The notes: generated by a model not told the origin, from the sequence alone. A DNA stretch of 64,000 nt from an uncultured Candidatus Saccharibacteria bacterium (GCA_964413715.1 CAYPSN010000001.1:135573-199572); one strand, 5' to 3'. Shown: positions 9,259-18,902, counted from the stretch's first letter. Translations and numbers: made by a program.

Positions 9259-9756
9259 CTAGACCGCGCGCAGGTGGGGAGCGGAGAGTTCCTCGGCCAA
9301 CTGCTGCAGAGCCTGCTGGTCCGCTTGCAGCTGAGCGAGCTGCTTGCGGCAGGTGGCGGCCTTATCTCTGTGGCTGGTGTAGCCCTGCGCCAGCATGTCC
9401 TCGCTGTACTGCAGCCGCTGCTGCACCGCCTTGATGGTCTCGCTGAGGATGGCCATGCGCTGCAGCAAGCAGGCCGCCACAGCCTGCCGGCTGTACTCGC
9501 CGAGCTTGGCGATCAGCTCCGGCTTGCCCTGGACCTGATCCAGGTAAGCGACGGCGGCGGCCACCTCCGCGTAGTGCTGGGTCGCCTTGCCGATCCGCTC
9601 CAGCGCTCGGTCGACGTCACTGTCGAACCGCGCCATCCAGGTGGTGTGGCGCTGCTCATGCAGCACCGCCAGGACGGCGATGAGCAGCAGCAGGAGGATC
9701 ACGGCGATCCCACCCAACAGCCACTCGGTCTTGGTCAGCTCTTCGAAGATGCCCAT
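9259..9756 (-). CDS. Orphan TM-anchored coiled-coil protein (GC-rich unit)
   Basis: Perfect TTGACA-17-TATAAT at 9804-9832; N-terminal TM, Q/L/A heptads. Confidence 0.75.
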   Translation of the reverse strand: MGIFEELTKTEWLLGGIAVILLLLLIAVLAVLHEQRHTTWMARFDSDVDRALERIGKATQHYAEVAAAVAYLDQVQGKPELIAKLGEYSRQAVAACLLQRMAILSETIKAVQQRLQYSEDMLAQGYTSHRDKAATCRKQLAQLQADQQALQQLAEELSAPHLRAV

Positions 9757-9803
9757 CGGGCACCACCGCCTTTCATTGTTTGTAGGGTACAACGGTCTGG
9801 TGA

Positions 9804-9945
9804 ATTATATCTTACATTTATTTATTTGTCAATTGTATTTGACATATGTAAATCGGATTATCTTGCATGCATAATGGGCATTTTGCAAGTCATCTTATCC
9901 ATTTTGTTAAACGATATTGACATATTCACTGCTATTGTATATAAT
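9804..9945. promoter_or_regulatory. Back-to-back consensus sigma70 promoters
   Basis: TTGACA-17-TATAAT on - (9804-9832) and on + (9917-9945). Confidence 0.85.
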
Positions 9946-9981
9946 GCAAAGACTTCGCTCTAGACCCAAGGAGGGGGAGCC

Positions 9982-10338
9982 ATGACCGAAGACCGAATCT
10001 TCGAACTCGAGGTGGTCCGCGCCACCATTCCCGGACAGGCGCCCGGGCTCGTCATCTACCTGGTGGAGAGCCACGGCCTGTTGGCGGTGCCGCGCGAGAT
10101 CTACCGATCGAGCAACACCGGCCAGGCCATCGTGCTGCAGCATGGTACCGTCCCCAGCTTCGCAGCATGGGAGCCCGGTACCTTCACCGAGATCCGTGGC
10201 TACGAGGCCCTGCGCGAGCAGATCATGCGCGTGCTGGACCCGCCAGAAGATCTGATCAAGGATGCGAACACGCTGGCCGACACGATGGTCACCCATGTTC
10301 GTTCTGAGATCGAGCCCATGCCCGGGCAGTACGCGTAG
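9982..10338 (+). CDS. Orphan protein (GC-rich unit)
   Basis: AAGGAGGGGG SD; G/C-ending codons; hairpin ending GGGAGGCTTTCG near 10397. Confidence 0.75.
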   Translation: MTEDRIFELEVVRATIPGQAPGLVIYLVESHGLLAVPREIYRSSNTGQAIVLQHGTVPSFAAWEPGTFTEIRGYEALREQIMRVLDPPEDLIKDANTLADTMVTHVRSEIEPMPGQYA

Positions 10339-10517
10339 CGAAGATCCGCCCCTGCATTGGGGCACCCAGCCTCCCGGCTTACCCCGGGAGGCTTTCGCTT
10401 TCTCAAGCAAAGGCAAAAAACAATACATTGACTTTAGTGCTATATTCTTGTATTATATGCCTCTGCAGATCAACTGTTTCGTACCTTAACCATTCCGTTC
10501 CGACCCAAAGGGGAAAG

Positions 10518-11264
10518 ATGTTCACTCGCTACACCAACTCACACCCAGCTGCGAAGGTGGTGATCTTCGCAGCAAGCCTCGGCCTCATGTACTGGGCCTT
10601 CTACCTCATCTACGGCAACCACACCTCAGCGATCCTGCTGGTGGGCAGCGTGGCCGTGCACGAGCTCGGGCACCTGGCGGCCTACCTGTACTACGGCCTG
10701 CGTGGTGGCATCATCTTCCTGCCGCCAATTGGCGCCGTGATGATCCCCAGCGATCAAGAAGCTGCCAAGCGCATGCAGGAGTGGCGCAAGGGCATCGTGG
10801 CGTTCGCCGGCCCGGCCGTGAACATCGGCCTGGCTGCCGTCGGCCTGGTCATGATCGTGTTCATGCCCGAGTGGCGCAACTTCGGCCTGATGATGACGTC
10901 GCTGAATGGCACCCTGGCGGCCTTCAACCTTCCCCCCTTCAGCTTGCTGGACGGGGGAAACGTCGCCAAGGCGTTGTTCAACAGCGCTGATGAGGCGGGT
11001 GACCGTCGCATCGTCTGGTACCTGACCCGGTCCATGATCGGTTGCTTCGTGGCCATGGCGCTGTTCGGCACGGTGTCGCTCATGCCGGTGTTGTTCATCT
11101 GGCGGCTGCACACTGCGGCCAACGACGACGACCCCTTGGCCTGGCGAGAGCCGACGGCCATGAAGAAGCGTGAGCTGCACCAGATGACGCGGCTCTACGC
11201 CGCAGCTGCCGTGGTGACGTTCTTCATCGCCGCGGTGTTCCGGTACTGGAACGACTACCGCTAG
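10518..11264 (+). CDS. Site-2 protease (peptidase M50), GC-rich unit
   Basis: HELGH, AGPAVN, FNLPP..LDGG; promoter TTGACT-17-TATTAT at 10428-10456. Confidence 0.9.
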   Translation: MFTRYTNSHPAAKVVIFAASLGLMYWAFYLIYGNHTSAILLVGSVAVHELGHLAAYLYYGLRGGIIFLPPIGAVMIPSDQEAAKRMQEWRKGIVAFAGPAVNIGLAAVGLVMIVFMPEWRNFGLMMTSLNGTLAAFNLPPFSLLDGGNVAKALFNSADEAGDRRIVWYLTRSMIGCFVAMALFGTVSLMPVLFIWRLHTAANDDDPLAWREPTAMKKRELHQMTRLYAAAAVVTFFIAAVFRYWNDYR

Positions 11265-11566
11265 CACGTGCTAGCACGCAGGGCGCGGTGGGCTGAAATA
11301 GGACCCACCGGCCTCCCGGCCTTCGGATTACCCGAAGGCTTTTTCTATTACTTGAATATTCCACCTGGCCATACCTCCTTACATGTCGCAATATTATTTC
11401 CTACAATGGGGTAAATAGAGCTATAGACCAAAGCAGCTGCCAGGTTCAAATAATGCGCGGGTCTTTACCGCGCCTCTGCGTAAACTGACCGGATGCATCA
11501 CATTGACTAAACAGTATTTTTATGCTATTATTGCGTTCTCACATTCGTCAACGGAAGGACAGTGAG

Positions 11567-11965
11567 ATGACCGACACGGTCGCATTGGAACCCGGCAAGG
11601 TCGAGGAGATCTTCCTGGACTGCCTGTTCAAGGAAGGCGAGGACACCAGCAACCACGTGCCTGCCGAAGGCATCACCATGATGGTCGGCTTCCACCCGGA
11701 GCGGCTCGAGAGCCACCGTGAGGAGATCAAGGCCCTGCTGGCCGAACTGCCCGACGAGTTCAAGAGCTCGGAGAGGGGTGGTGGCGGTGGCTGGTCGTTC
11801 CTCAACGCCTGCATGGATCGCCACGGCCAGCAGTGGACCGGTCTGCACAAGATCATGGAGCAGCTGGTGACCCTCGGCGTCGCTCTCGGCCTGGTGGACT
11901 ACACCCTGCCACGCGACATGTGGGGCGTCATGCCCGGAGGAGTGCCGTACTTCGTCGTCAAGTGA
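11567..11965 (+). CDS. Hypothetical protein resembling a phage-associated family (GC-rich unit)
   Basis: GFHPERLE...LPDEF...GGGWSFLNAC.D..G.QWTG...PGG.PY pattern; promoter TTGACT-17-TATTAT at 11503-11531. Confidence 0.75.
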   Translation: MTDTVALEPGKVEEIFLDCLFKEGEDTSNHVPAEGITMMVGFHPERLESHREEIKALLAELPDEFKSSERGGGGGWSFLNACMDRHGQQWTGLHKIMEQLVTLGVALGLVDYTLPRDMWGVMPGGVPYFVVK

Positions 11966-12053
11966 CGACATCAGCCCGCATGGGCCGTCTGCCGGCGCGT
12001 CAGTCCGGCTCTTCCCAAGTTCATAATTTGAAAATTGTGAGTTTAGGAAGGTA

Positions 12054-12098
12054 TATGAAAAGAGCCCCGAGAAGAGCTTGGGGCTCTTTTCGGGGCTG
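12054..12098 (-). repeat. Family-A 37-nt hairpin repeat, copy 3
   Basis: TATGAAAA-GAGCCCCG...GAGC..GCTC...CGGGGCTG. Confidence 0.85.
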
Positions 12099-12117
12099 AG
12101 GGTATGGCCAACTGGCA

Positions 12118-12600
12118 CTATCGGCGAAAGGACTGGGACCACTCCGACGCATCCATGGCGTCTTGTACGGCCATGTCGGTCATTTCGCGCTCGATGACCT
12201 CGCGTCGGATCCACGGGACAACCCCGTAGAAGTAGAAGATCAGGAGCAGGACGACCACCGCCCTGACTGCCAATTTGGCGATTCCGGACGCTTGGTAGCC
12301 GGTGTCATTCAAGACCGCCCAAATGCCCCCGAGGCAGATGGAGAGCAGCATGAATACCGCCACACCCATCAACGCCAGGATCGGCATAAGCCAGCACAGT
12401 CGCACTCGGAGCGTCTTGACCTGCTGAAGTCTCTGCTGCAAGCTGCCGATGCGTCGCGTCAGACTCACGGGTCGTTGCGGATACGGAAGCTGAACCCAGA
12501 GCGCCAACAGCTCATCGTGCGATGCCTGATAGCGCTCTTCGGCGTCCTGTAAGCGCATCAACACCGGGAACATTTCCCGGTTGAATTTCGTGTTTTTCAA
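12118..12600 (-). CDS. Orphan 2-TM protein (GC-rich unit)
   Basis: GGAGGA SD before TTG; TTGACA-17-TAGAAT at 12633-12661. Confidence 0.7.
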   Translation of the reverse strand: MKNTKFNREMFPVLMRLQDAEERYQASHDELLALWVQLPYPQRPVSLTRRIGSLQQRLQQVKTLRVRLCWLMPILALMGVAVFMLLSICLGGIWAVLNDTGYQASGIAKLAVRAVVVLLLIFYFYGVVPWIRREVIEREMTDMAVQDAMDASEWSQSFRR

Positions 12601-12687
12601 CGTTCCTCCAAACGGGATATCACGGTCGTAACATTCTATAATGTTATAGGCATTATGTCAATATATTACCTTGATATCTTAAGCGCC

Positions 12688-12732
12688 GACGAAAAGAGCC
12701 CCGAGGGGAGCAAGGGGCTCTCTTCGGGGCTC
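12688..12732 (-). repeat. Family-A 37-nt hairpin repeat, copy 4
   Basis: GACGAAAA-GAGCCCCG...GAGC..GCTC...CGGGGCTC. Confidence 0.85.
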
Positions 12733-12749
12733 GTTAGCCCTGCGGCGTC

Positions 12750-13109
12750 CTACACGCCAGGGTCAAGGCCGTGAGCGTGGAGCATGTCCGCACTCTCGCG
12801 CAGGAAGCTTTCGCCATCGGGTGAAAGCTGGTACAGGCGTGTGGTCCAGTCTCCCTGAACCAACCGAGGTGACGGCCACACGTAGCCTTCCTCGGCCTGA
12901 CGATTCAAGAGGTTCTGAAGGAAGTACACATCGCACTTGAGGTCGTCTGCCAGGTGTCGAAGCTCCTTGGGGCGACCGACGCGCTTGAGGTGGCAGAGCA
13001 CCACCCAGTAGTTGTTGGCTTCGAACTTCTTGTTAGCACGGATGCGCCACGCCCACACTCCCATGAGGAAGAAGACGAGGCACATCGTTATCTGAATGAG
13101 GAGTATCAC
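12750..13109 (-). CDS. TM-anchored winged-helix-like protein (GC-rich unit)
   Basis: N-terminal TM then LADDL...LLNR...EGYV...RLYQLSPDG; TTGACT-16-TATAAT at 13158-13185. Confidence 0.7.
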   Translation of the reverse strand: MILLIQITMCLVFFLMGVWAWRIRANKKFEANNYWVVLCHLKRVGRPKELRHLADDLKCDVYFLQNLLNRQAEEGYVWPSPRLVQGDWTTRLYQLSPDGESFLRESADMLHAHGLDPGV

Positions 13110-13285
13110 ATGACCTCCGTGGCCACTCGATGTTTGGAAGGGTCTATACGAAGTCGAATTATATACTAAATATAAGATTAGTCAATGATTTCTATTGAAG
13201 CAGAGCTACGCTTATGCTTGTAAAAGAAGGTTGATGATTAGATAATCACATAGTCCAAAGGCCACAACGAGTACTAGGAGGTAAC

Positions 13286-13468
13286 GTGGCAGTATTGAAG
13301 GAATTTTCGCTTCTGCGAACCGTGTGCGATGCATGTGGCGGCAACTACATGGCCATCGAGTCCACCGACGATCCCACCAAGGTGCAGCTGCTCTGCAGCT
13401 GCCGAGCAGTCCGCCTGATGTCCAGACAGAGCCCGGTGATCCGGCAAGCTCTGGAGGACTCGGAATGA
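13286..13468 (+). CDS. Small zinc-ribbon-like protein
   Basis: AGGAGG SD; CDAC...CSC. Confidence 0.65.
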   Translation: MAVLKEFSLLRTVCDACGGNYMAIESTDDPTKVQLLCSCRAVRLMSRQSPVIRQALEDSE

Positions 13469-13866
13469 ACCCCGTGGTTCTGCGCGTACGCTATCGGCCC
13501 ATCGGCATCGCCGAGGCCAAGGCACGTCAGCTGAGCAACGACAATGAAGTCGTACGTAGCGTCATGGCGGCGGTGGCGTTTCGTAGTTTCGGTGACAAGG
13601 TCGATGGGAAGCTCAAGGACCACGTGCGCCTGGAGTTCACTGCGGCCAGCCCGCTGGACTGCAACTGCCCAGCGATGTCGTTCGAGCTGGAGTGGACTGA
13701 TCCGGACATGACCCAGCGCAAGCTCGATGCGCGTTGCGATTCGCTCGCAGCCGCCCTGGTAGACCTCATGTCTGGACCGATCGACATGCTGGTAGTAGTG
13801 CGGGTAGGCAGCATGACGTCGCAGCTGGAGTCTTTCAAGCGACAGGCTACATCAGCCGCGCAATAA
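13465..13866 (+). CDS. Orphan protein coupled to zinc-ribbon ORF
   Basis: ATGA overlap; long U-tailed hairpin at ~13869-13925. Confidence 0.65.
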   Translation: MNPVVLRVRYRPIGIAEAKARQLSNDNEVVRSVMAAVAFRSFGDKVDGKLKDHVRLEFTAASPLDCNCPAMSFELEWTDPDMTQRKLDARCDSLAAALVDLMSGPIDMLVVVRVGSMTSQLESFKRQATSAAQ

Positions 13867-14023
13867 CAAACCACTTTTTGGCAAAGGAGGCCACGTAAAA
13901 GCCCCTTGCTGAAAGGTGGTTTTTACGTTGGTGGAGTTTGGAACTGATGTGAATCACAAAGTCCTAACGCACACATATATGATGTGTAACTTTGCGATTC
14001 CCTGATAGGGTATAATGTAGGTA

Positions 14024-15559
14024 ATGGCCAAAATGCAGCTGAGCAAATCTGAGTATATGATGTTTCTAAAACATCCCGCTTGGTTGTGGCTCAAAAAGCA
14101 CGCCAAAGACAAATTACCCCCGCCCGATGATAACTTGCAGGCGATGTTCGACGCTGGCAATACCTTTGAAAGCTATGCTGAGCAGCTCTTTGCTGGCGGC
14201 GTGCGCTTGGGATTTGATAACTACCAAGAGTATTTGAGCTTGCCTGAGCGCACCAAGCAAGCCTTGGCCGAGGGAACAAAGACGATCTTTCAAGGCAGAT
14301 TCGAACATGAAAAACTAACCTTTATTTGTGACGTGCTCGAGGTGGTGGGCGTGCGCATGGTTGATCTAACCGAGATTAAGTCGAGCACCACCGCTAAAGC
14401 TGATCATGAATACGACCTTGCCTTCCAAGTGTATGTGCTAGAAAAGTGCGGCTGGCAGGTGCGCAACGTTGCGGTGGTGCATGTAAATAACGAATACGTC
14501 CGCAGTGGTGCGATTGACCCCAATAAGCTGTGTAGCAAAACAGACGTTAGCCACGCAGTGCGCCAAAGACTTTCCCAAACTGAGCGTGACATTCAATCCG
14601 CCCTGAAAGTTATGAGCGAGCCCACCATGCCAAATCCCTCGCCGGCACGCTGTCGGCTCGGTAGCCTAAAAGAATGGCTGACCATATACAAAGGCTTGGT
14701 TGATGTCGAAGAGGGGAGTATTTACGAACTTTGCCGGCTCGACCCGAGTTTGATTGCGGTGCTGGAAGAGGAAGGCATTACTAAGCTGCGTGACATTCAC
14801 CCCGACTACGTGCAAAAACCCGCCCAAAAACTTCAACTCGAGGTGGTGCGCAGCGGCAAACAGATTGTACAAAAAGATAAAATTCGCAGCTTTCTTGATG
14901 GCCTTGAGTACCCACTGTACTTTTTTGACTACGAAACGCTCTCGAGCGTAGTACCGTACTTTGATGGTATGCGCCCATACGGTCAGTATCCCTTCCAGTA
15001 CTCATTGCACGTTATTGACTACCACGGCGCCACGCCTCGCCACATGAGCTACTTGCACAAACACAACTCAAATCCAGCCGAAAGCCTGAGCGCAACACTA
15101 AGCAAGCAGATTGGCCCAAGTGGCACGATATTGGCATGGTACATGGGCTTTGAAAAGGCCTGCAACACGACGCTTGGTGAAATGGCACCCGAGTACGCCG
15201 AATTCTTCGCTAATATCAACAAGCGGATGCAAGATTTGATGTTTCCGTTTAGTAAAGGCTGGTATGTGGATGCGGCGTTTGGCGGCAGCGCGAGTATTAA
15301 AAAGGTTTTACCAGCCCTGGTGCCAAGCTTGAGCTATAAAGAACTCGACATTCAAGAGGGTGGAGCTGCTCAACGCCTGTGGATGGAGGCTGTATTGGAG
15401 GGCAAACGTGACGACGAGAAGGACTCAATTCTAGCCGCACTCGACAAATACTGCGAGCTCGATACTTGGGCAATGGTGGAGATATTCAACTTTTTAACCC
15501 AGTTGGTTGGCGAAAACAGTATCGTGGGCAAGCCTCAACAGCTGGCGCTGGATTGGTAA
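14024..15559 (+). CDS. DUF2779-type protein (PD-(D/E)xK nuclease-like N-domain + RNase H-like C-domain)
   Basis: D..EIKSST, PLYFFDYET, PFQYSLH, SIKKVLP, YCELDT. Confidence 0.8.
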   Translation: MAKMQLSKSEYMMFLKHPAWLWLKKHAKDKLPPPDDNLQAMFDAGNTFESYAEQLFAGGVRLGFDNYQEYLSLPERTKQALAEGTKTIFQGRFEHEKLTFICDVLEVVGVRMVDLTEIKSSTTAKADHEYDLAFQVYVLEKCGWQVRNVAVVHVNNEYVRSGAIDPNKLCSKTDVSHAVRQRLSQTERDIQSALKVMSEPTMPNPSPARCRLGSLKEWLTIYKGLVDVEEGSIYELCRLDPSLIAVLEEEGITKLRDIHPDYVQKPAQKLQLEVVRSGKQIVQKDKIRSFLDGLEYPLYFFDYETLSSVVPYFDGMRPYGQYPFQYSLHVIDYHGATPRHMSYLHKHNSNPAESLSATLSKQIGPSGTILAWYMGFEKACNTTLGEMAPEYAEFFANINKRMQDLMFPFSKGWYVDAAFGGSASIKKVLPALVPSLSYKELDIQEGGAAQRLWMEAVLEGKRDDEKDSILAALDKYCELDTWAMVEIFNFLTQLVGENSIVGKPQQLALDW

Positions 15560-15562
15560 GCC

Positions 15563-15859
15563 GTGCGTAATTGGTCATTCAAGGCTAAAGTATGGCTGTG
15601 GCCTGGTGAAGCTGCCTGGCACTTTGTGAGCTTGCCGCAAGATGTGTCGAACGAAATCAAAACATTGTTCGAAGGCCAAACCAGAGGTTGGGGATCACTG
15701 CCCGTTAAAGTAAATGTTGGCGAGACAACTTGGAAGACTTCGATTTTCCCTGACCGAAAGTCAGACGCCTATATACTGCCGCTGAAGGCTAGTGTGCGCA
15801 AGGCCGAAGGCCTAGCTGTTGATTCTGAGCACAGCTTTGATCTAGTAATTCTTGTTTAG
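15563..15859 (+). CDS. DUF1905 family protein
   Basis: AWHFV.LP, RGWGS.PV, W.TSIFP, Y.LPLKA.VRK.E. Confidence 0.85.
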   Translation: MRNWSFKAKVWLWPGEAAWHFVSLPQDVSNEIKTLFEGQTRGWGSLPVKVNVGETTWKTSIFPDRKSDAYILPLKASVRKAEGLAVDSEHSFDLVILV

Positions 15860-15939
15860 AACATTGATTTTATCTCATAATTAAGGCATAATAACCAAAT
15901 CTTGCCCAGCGGGGGCGAGCAGACCCGAAAGGGGATTCG

Positions 15940-16389
15940 GTGGGACTTCTCAGGAAGTACGAGTGCACCACAGGGATCTACGATCCCAGGTTTTACCACA
16001 GGGCGACTGCAGCCATCCGTGCAGAATGCCGAGAGGCTGGGGTGAGGTGCAGCAAACCAGATGCCACCCTTGCTGCGAGGGTCCTGCTGCAAGTGGCATA
16101 CGACGCAGATGCCGAGCCACACTTCTGCGGTGGTGGGCGTGCGAGGATGCTCAGCGACGAACACTCGAAGCGCCTGGAACGGATCTTCGCTGTGATCATG
16201 AGGCCGAACATCACCAACCCGATTGCAGACTCCGCACATGGACTCTGCAACAGCATGCTTGGTGGCAATGAAGGCTTCAAGCGAACCGTGAGACACGGCA
16301 GGACCCACCTGCAGATCACAGGCTCCGAAGTGATCGGAGTGGACCCTTCTCTCCAGAACGCGTCACCTGTGCTTCTGCAGCTGAAGTAG
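15940..16389 (+). CDS. Orphan protein (GC-rich unit)
   Basis: TTGATT-17-CATAAT at 15864-15892, SD, hairpin GCCACCCCAAG...CTTGGGGTGGC downstream. Confidence 0.6.
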   Translation: MGLLRKYECTTGIYDPRFYHRATAAIRAECREAGVRCSKPDATLAARVLLQVAYDADAEPHFCGGGRARMLSDEHSKRLERIFAVIMRPNITNPIADSAHGLCNSMLGGNEGFKRTVRHGRTHLQITGSEVIGVDPSLQNASPVLLQLK

Positions 16390-16552
16390 GTGGTACGACC
16401 AGCCACCCCAAGAATGATGAACCGTCACTCCTTGGGGTGGCGTTTCATTTGACTTGAAAAATAACAGCCTACCTGGTATGATTCTAAGCCGTACTTGTGC
16501 GATTTGTACCCATCCCGCTGCGTTAGCGCGCAGCACATAGCGAAAGTGAGCC

Positions 16553-16915
16553 ATGACCACATACACGAGTGAGTCGATTGCAGAGGGTCTGGAGTTCTTC
16601 TGCGAGGGGGCGCAGATGGCGTTCCTGACAGAGCCAGACGACACCAACGCCAAGCGGTTCCTGAAGGGCTACATCACCGGCCAGGAAGATGCCGCACTGC
16701 TGCATCTCACGGGCAAGCTGTTGGCTACGGGCATGCCCATCCGTCTCGGCACCGGCGTGTTCAACCACACTGCGCGCGAGACGCTGGAGATGCTGCTCAA
16801 CGCCTACCTGTGGCCCTACTTCTGCGAAGACGATCTGGTCGAGCAGAAGATCCGTGCCAGCAGCCACTGCGGCCAGCTCCCTGCGCCCAAGCGCCGCGCC
16901 CAAGCCGCCGCGTAG
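16553..16915 (+). CDS. Orphan protein (GC-rich unit)
   Basis: TTGAAA-17-TATGAT at 16454-16482; G/C-ending codons; U-tailed hairpin at ~16922-16971. Confidence 0.7.
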   Translation: MTTYTSESIAEGLEFFCEGAQMAFLTEPDDTNAKRFLKGYITGQEDAALLHLTGKLLATGMPIRLGTGVFNHTARETLEMLLNAYLWPYFCEDDLVEQKIRASSHCGQLPAPKRRAQAAA

Positions 16916-17032
16916 CACCGAACCACTCCTGCGGGAGGCATTACGCCACTCGAAGGGGTGGTGTTTTGTTTTACTTGCCTTGCATTTTGGCTTTCAAATT
17001 TCTACAATAGAGCCACACATTAACATAACCTA

Positions 17033-17130
17033 GTATCGAGAGTGCAGTGAGAGATCTAGCTCTATGACCTGCCGGCAACCACTTTGTAAAAGAACGGTGC
17101 CCCTTCTAGCCCTGTGCGGGAAAGATAAGT
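17033..17130 (+). ncRNA. SAM-I (S-box) riboswitch
   Basis: ATCGAGAG...GAGAGA.CTAGCTC.ATGA.C..CGGCAACC...GGTGCC...AAGATAAG directly upstream of metK. Confidence 0.85.
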
Positions 17131-17189
17131 GATAGACTTAACTCCTTTTTCCTGCCGGTGGCGGGATAGATACGAAAGGAGTTTTTTTT

Positions 17190-18161
17190 ATGGCCAAACT
17201 AACTAACCTGCGAACCGCCGAAAGTGTCAGCCCCAAGCACCCCGACAAATTGTGCGATCAAGTCAGCGATGCAATATTGGATGCATACTTAGCCAAAGAC
17301 CCTACGTCCCGAGTAGCAATTGAAGCACTTGGTGGGCACGGTCAGCTGGTGGTGATGGGTGAGGTTACCAGCACGGCGACGATAGACATTGCCCCAATTG
17401 TGCAGCGCATTGTGGGCGACATTGCACTCAGTACCATCATCGTGGAGCAAAGCCCCGAGATTGCCCAAGGAGTCGATACTGGCGGAGCTGGCGACCAGGG
17501 CATAATGATTGGCTACGCTTGCAGCGAAACACCCGAAGCCTTACCGCTCGAAGTAGTGTTAAGCCGTCAGCTCAATCAGTATTTGTTTGAGCGCTGGCCG
17601 TTCGATGGCAAAACACAAATAACGTTGCGAGGAGACCAGATTGTTGCCGTGGTGGCGAGTTTTCAAAACGCAGCTACCGACGAATTGAAACAGGCAATTG
17701 CCGAGTGGCTGCAAAGCAAGCCCACGAGCAAACAACTTGCCATTCACGCCAATCCGGCGGGCGAATGGCGCCAGGGTGGATTTAAGGCTGATACGGGCCT
17801 GACTGGTCGCAAGTTGGTGGTGGATAATTACGGCCCGCGCATTCCAATTGGCGGTGGTTGCTTTAGCGGCAAAGACGCCAGTAAAGTCGATAGATCGGCC
17901 GCTTACATGGCACGTAAGATTGCGCTGGATTATCTTCGTAAGCGTGAAGCAAGTGAAGTATTTACTAGGCTTGCGTATGCAATAGGCTACGATCAGCCAC
18001 TTGAGGCTAGTATCATAATTGACGGCAAACAAGAAGCCGTGGTTGGCTATGACTTGTCGCCACGGGGCATCATTAAGCAGCTTGACTTAACCAAGCCACA
18101 GTTTGAAGCCACGGCGCGCTATGGGCATTTTGGCCATGGTGAATTTAGTTGGGAGAAGTAA
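17190..18161 (+). CDS. metK: S-adenosylmethionine synthetase (compact form)
   Basis: ESV...HPDK.CDQ.SD, GAGDQG, DGKTQ, DTGLTGRK, GGG.FSGKD..KVDRS. Confidence 0.95.
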   Translation: MAKLTNLRTAESVSPKHPDKLCDQVSDAILDAYLAKDPTSRVAIEALGGHGQLVVMGEVTSTATIDIAPIVQRIVGDIALSTIIVEQSPEIAQGVDTGGAGDQGIMIGYACSETPEALPLEVVLSRQLNQYLFERWPFDGKTQITLRGDQIVAVVASFQNAATDELKQAIAEWLQSKPTSKQLAIHANPAGEWRQGGFKADTGLTGRKLVVDNYGPRIPIGGGCFSGKDASKVDRSAAYMARKIALDYLRKREASEVFTRLAYAIGYDQPLEASIIIDGKQEAVVGYDLSPRGIIKQLDLTKPQFEATARYGHFGHGEFSWEK

Positions 18162-18167
18162 CGAAAA

Positions 18168-18210
18168 CGAAAAACCGCCCACCAGGGCGGAATTTCGCCC
18201 CGACGAGCGG
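18168..18210 (-). repeat. Family-B hairpin repeat, copy 1
   Basis: CGAAAAACCGCCCACCAGGGCGGAATTTCGCCCCGACGAGCGG, similar to 19659-19704. Confidence 0.75.
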
Positions 18211-18218
18211 GAGAGGGT

Positions 18219-18635
18219 CTAGTCGACCGGAACTGCTTGAGGCGTCGCACTGCCTGCGAGCACGACGCTAACGTCTTGCTCGAGATCTCGGGACATTGCC
18301 ACGTCCAGCGGCAACTCGCCATTCCGAGGTGAGGCCAGACGAGAGCACACCCTGTCGTACAAGCTGGCCGCAGCCGGCCCATGCGGCGCCAGCAAGATCC
18401 GATTGTTGTCCGCCATCAAGGAGACGTGCACTCCCTGGAGTCCTCGACAGAGATGGTTCACCGCCGAATATCCGACAGGCGTCAGTCGGCGACCAACAGC
18501 CAGGTGATAGGCGGCAGATCCGAAGTCAGCTCGAGAAGTTGGATCGACGTAGAGAGGTTCTTCGCTGGTCAGAACCAGCTCACCACCCCCTTCTGAGCGG
18601 TCGTAGGCAGTAACCCGAACTTGCATTTCTCTCAC
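18219..18635 (-). CDS. Orphan protein (GC-rich unit)
   Basis: ORF between upstream ORF and family-B hairpin. Confidence 0.6.
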   Translation of the reverse strand: MREMQVRVTAYDRSEGGGELVLTSEEPLYVDPTSRADFGSAAYHLAVGRRLTPVGYSAVNHLCRGLQGVHVSLMADNNRILLAPHGPAAASLYDRVCSRLASPRNGELPLDVAMSRDLEQDVSVVLAGSATPQAVPVD

Positions 18636-18656
18636 TTTCTCGTTGTGGGGTGGGGA

Positions 18657-18902
18657 TTACTCGTTGGTTGGGCCGAAGTAGCCCTCATGCTCAAGCAGCC
18701 CTTCGAACCGGGCCACTCCATCAAGTGCGTTCTTGCGCATCCTTGCGCTGCGGTAATGCAGCTCACGCTTGATCTTGGGGTCCAACCTACGCATGTAGTA
18801 CGGATCCGAGAGCACACGTGCGATTACCTCGTCGCACCACTGGGTACTCATCTTGCTCGGGTATACACCTTTCGGTACATAGCGAGCGGGCCCTGTAGCC
18901 AA
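18657..18902 (-). CDS. Orphan small protein (GC-rich unit)
   Basis: TTGTAA-17-TAATGT at 18939-18967; GAGGAAG SD before TTG. Confidence 0.6.
   Translation of the reverse strand: MATGPARYVPKGVYPSKMSTQWCDEVIARVLSDPYYMRRLDPKIKRELHYRSARMRKNALDGVARFEGLLEHEGYFGPTNE

Noticed and set aside
9247-9963. 238-aa + strand ORF, and similar shadows at 2824, 10626, 11528, 22459, 24848 and 58650
   Set aside because: Opposite to genes that have promoter, SD and codon support.
5033-12732. Family-A hairpins as integron attC sites or CRISPR repeats
   Set aside because: No consistent RYYYAAC/GTTRRRY boxes, no integrase, irregular kilobase spacing, no spacer periodicity and no cas genes.
14024-15559. Cas4 / CRISPR-associated nuclease
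   Set aside because: No four-Cys cluster pattern, no array or other cas genes; fits the DUF2779 type.
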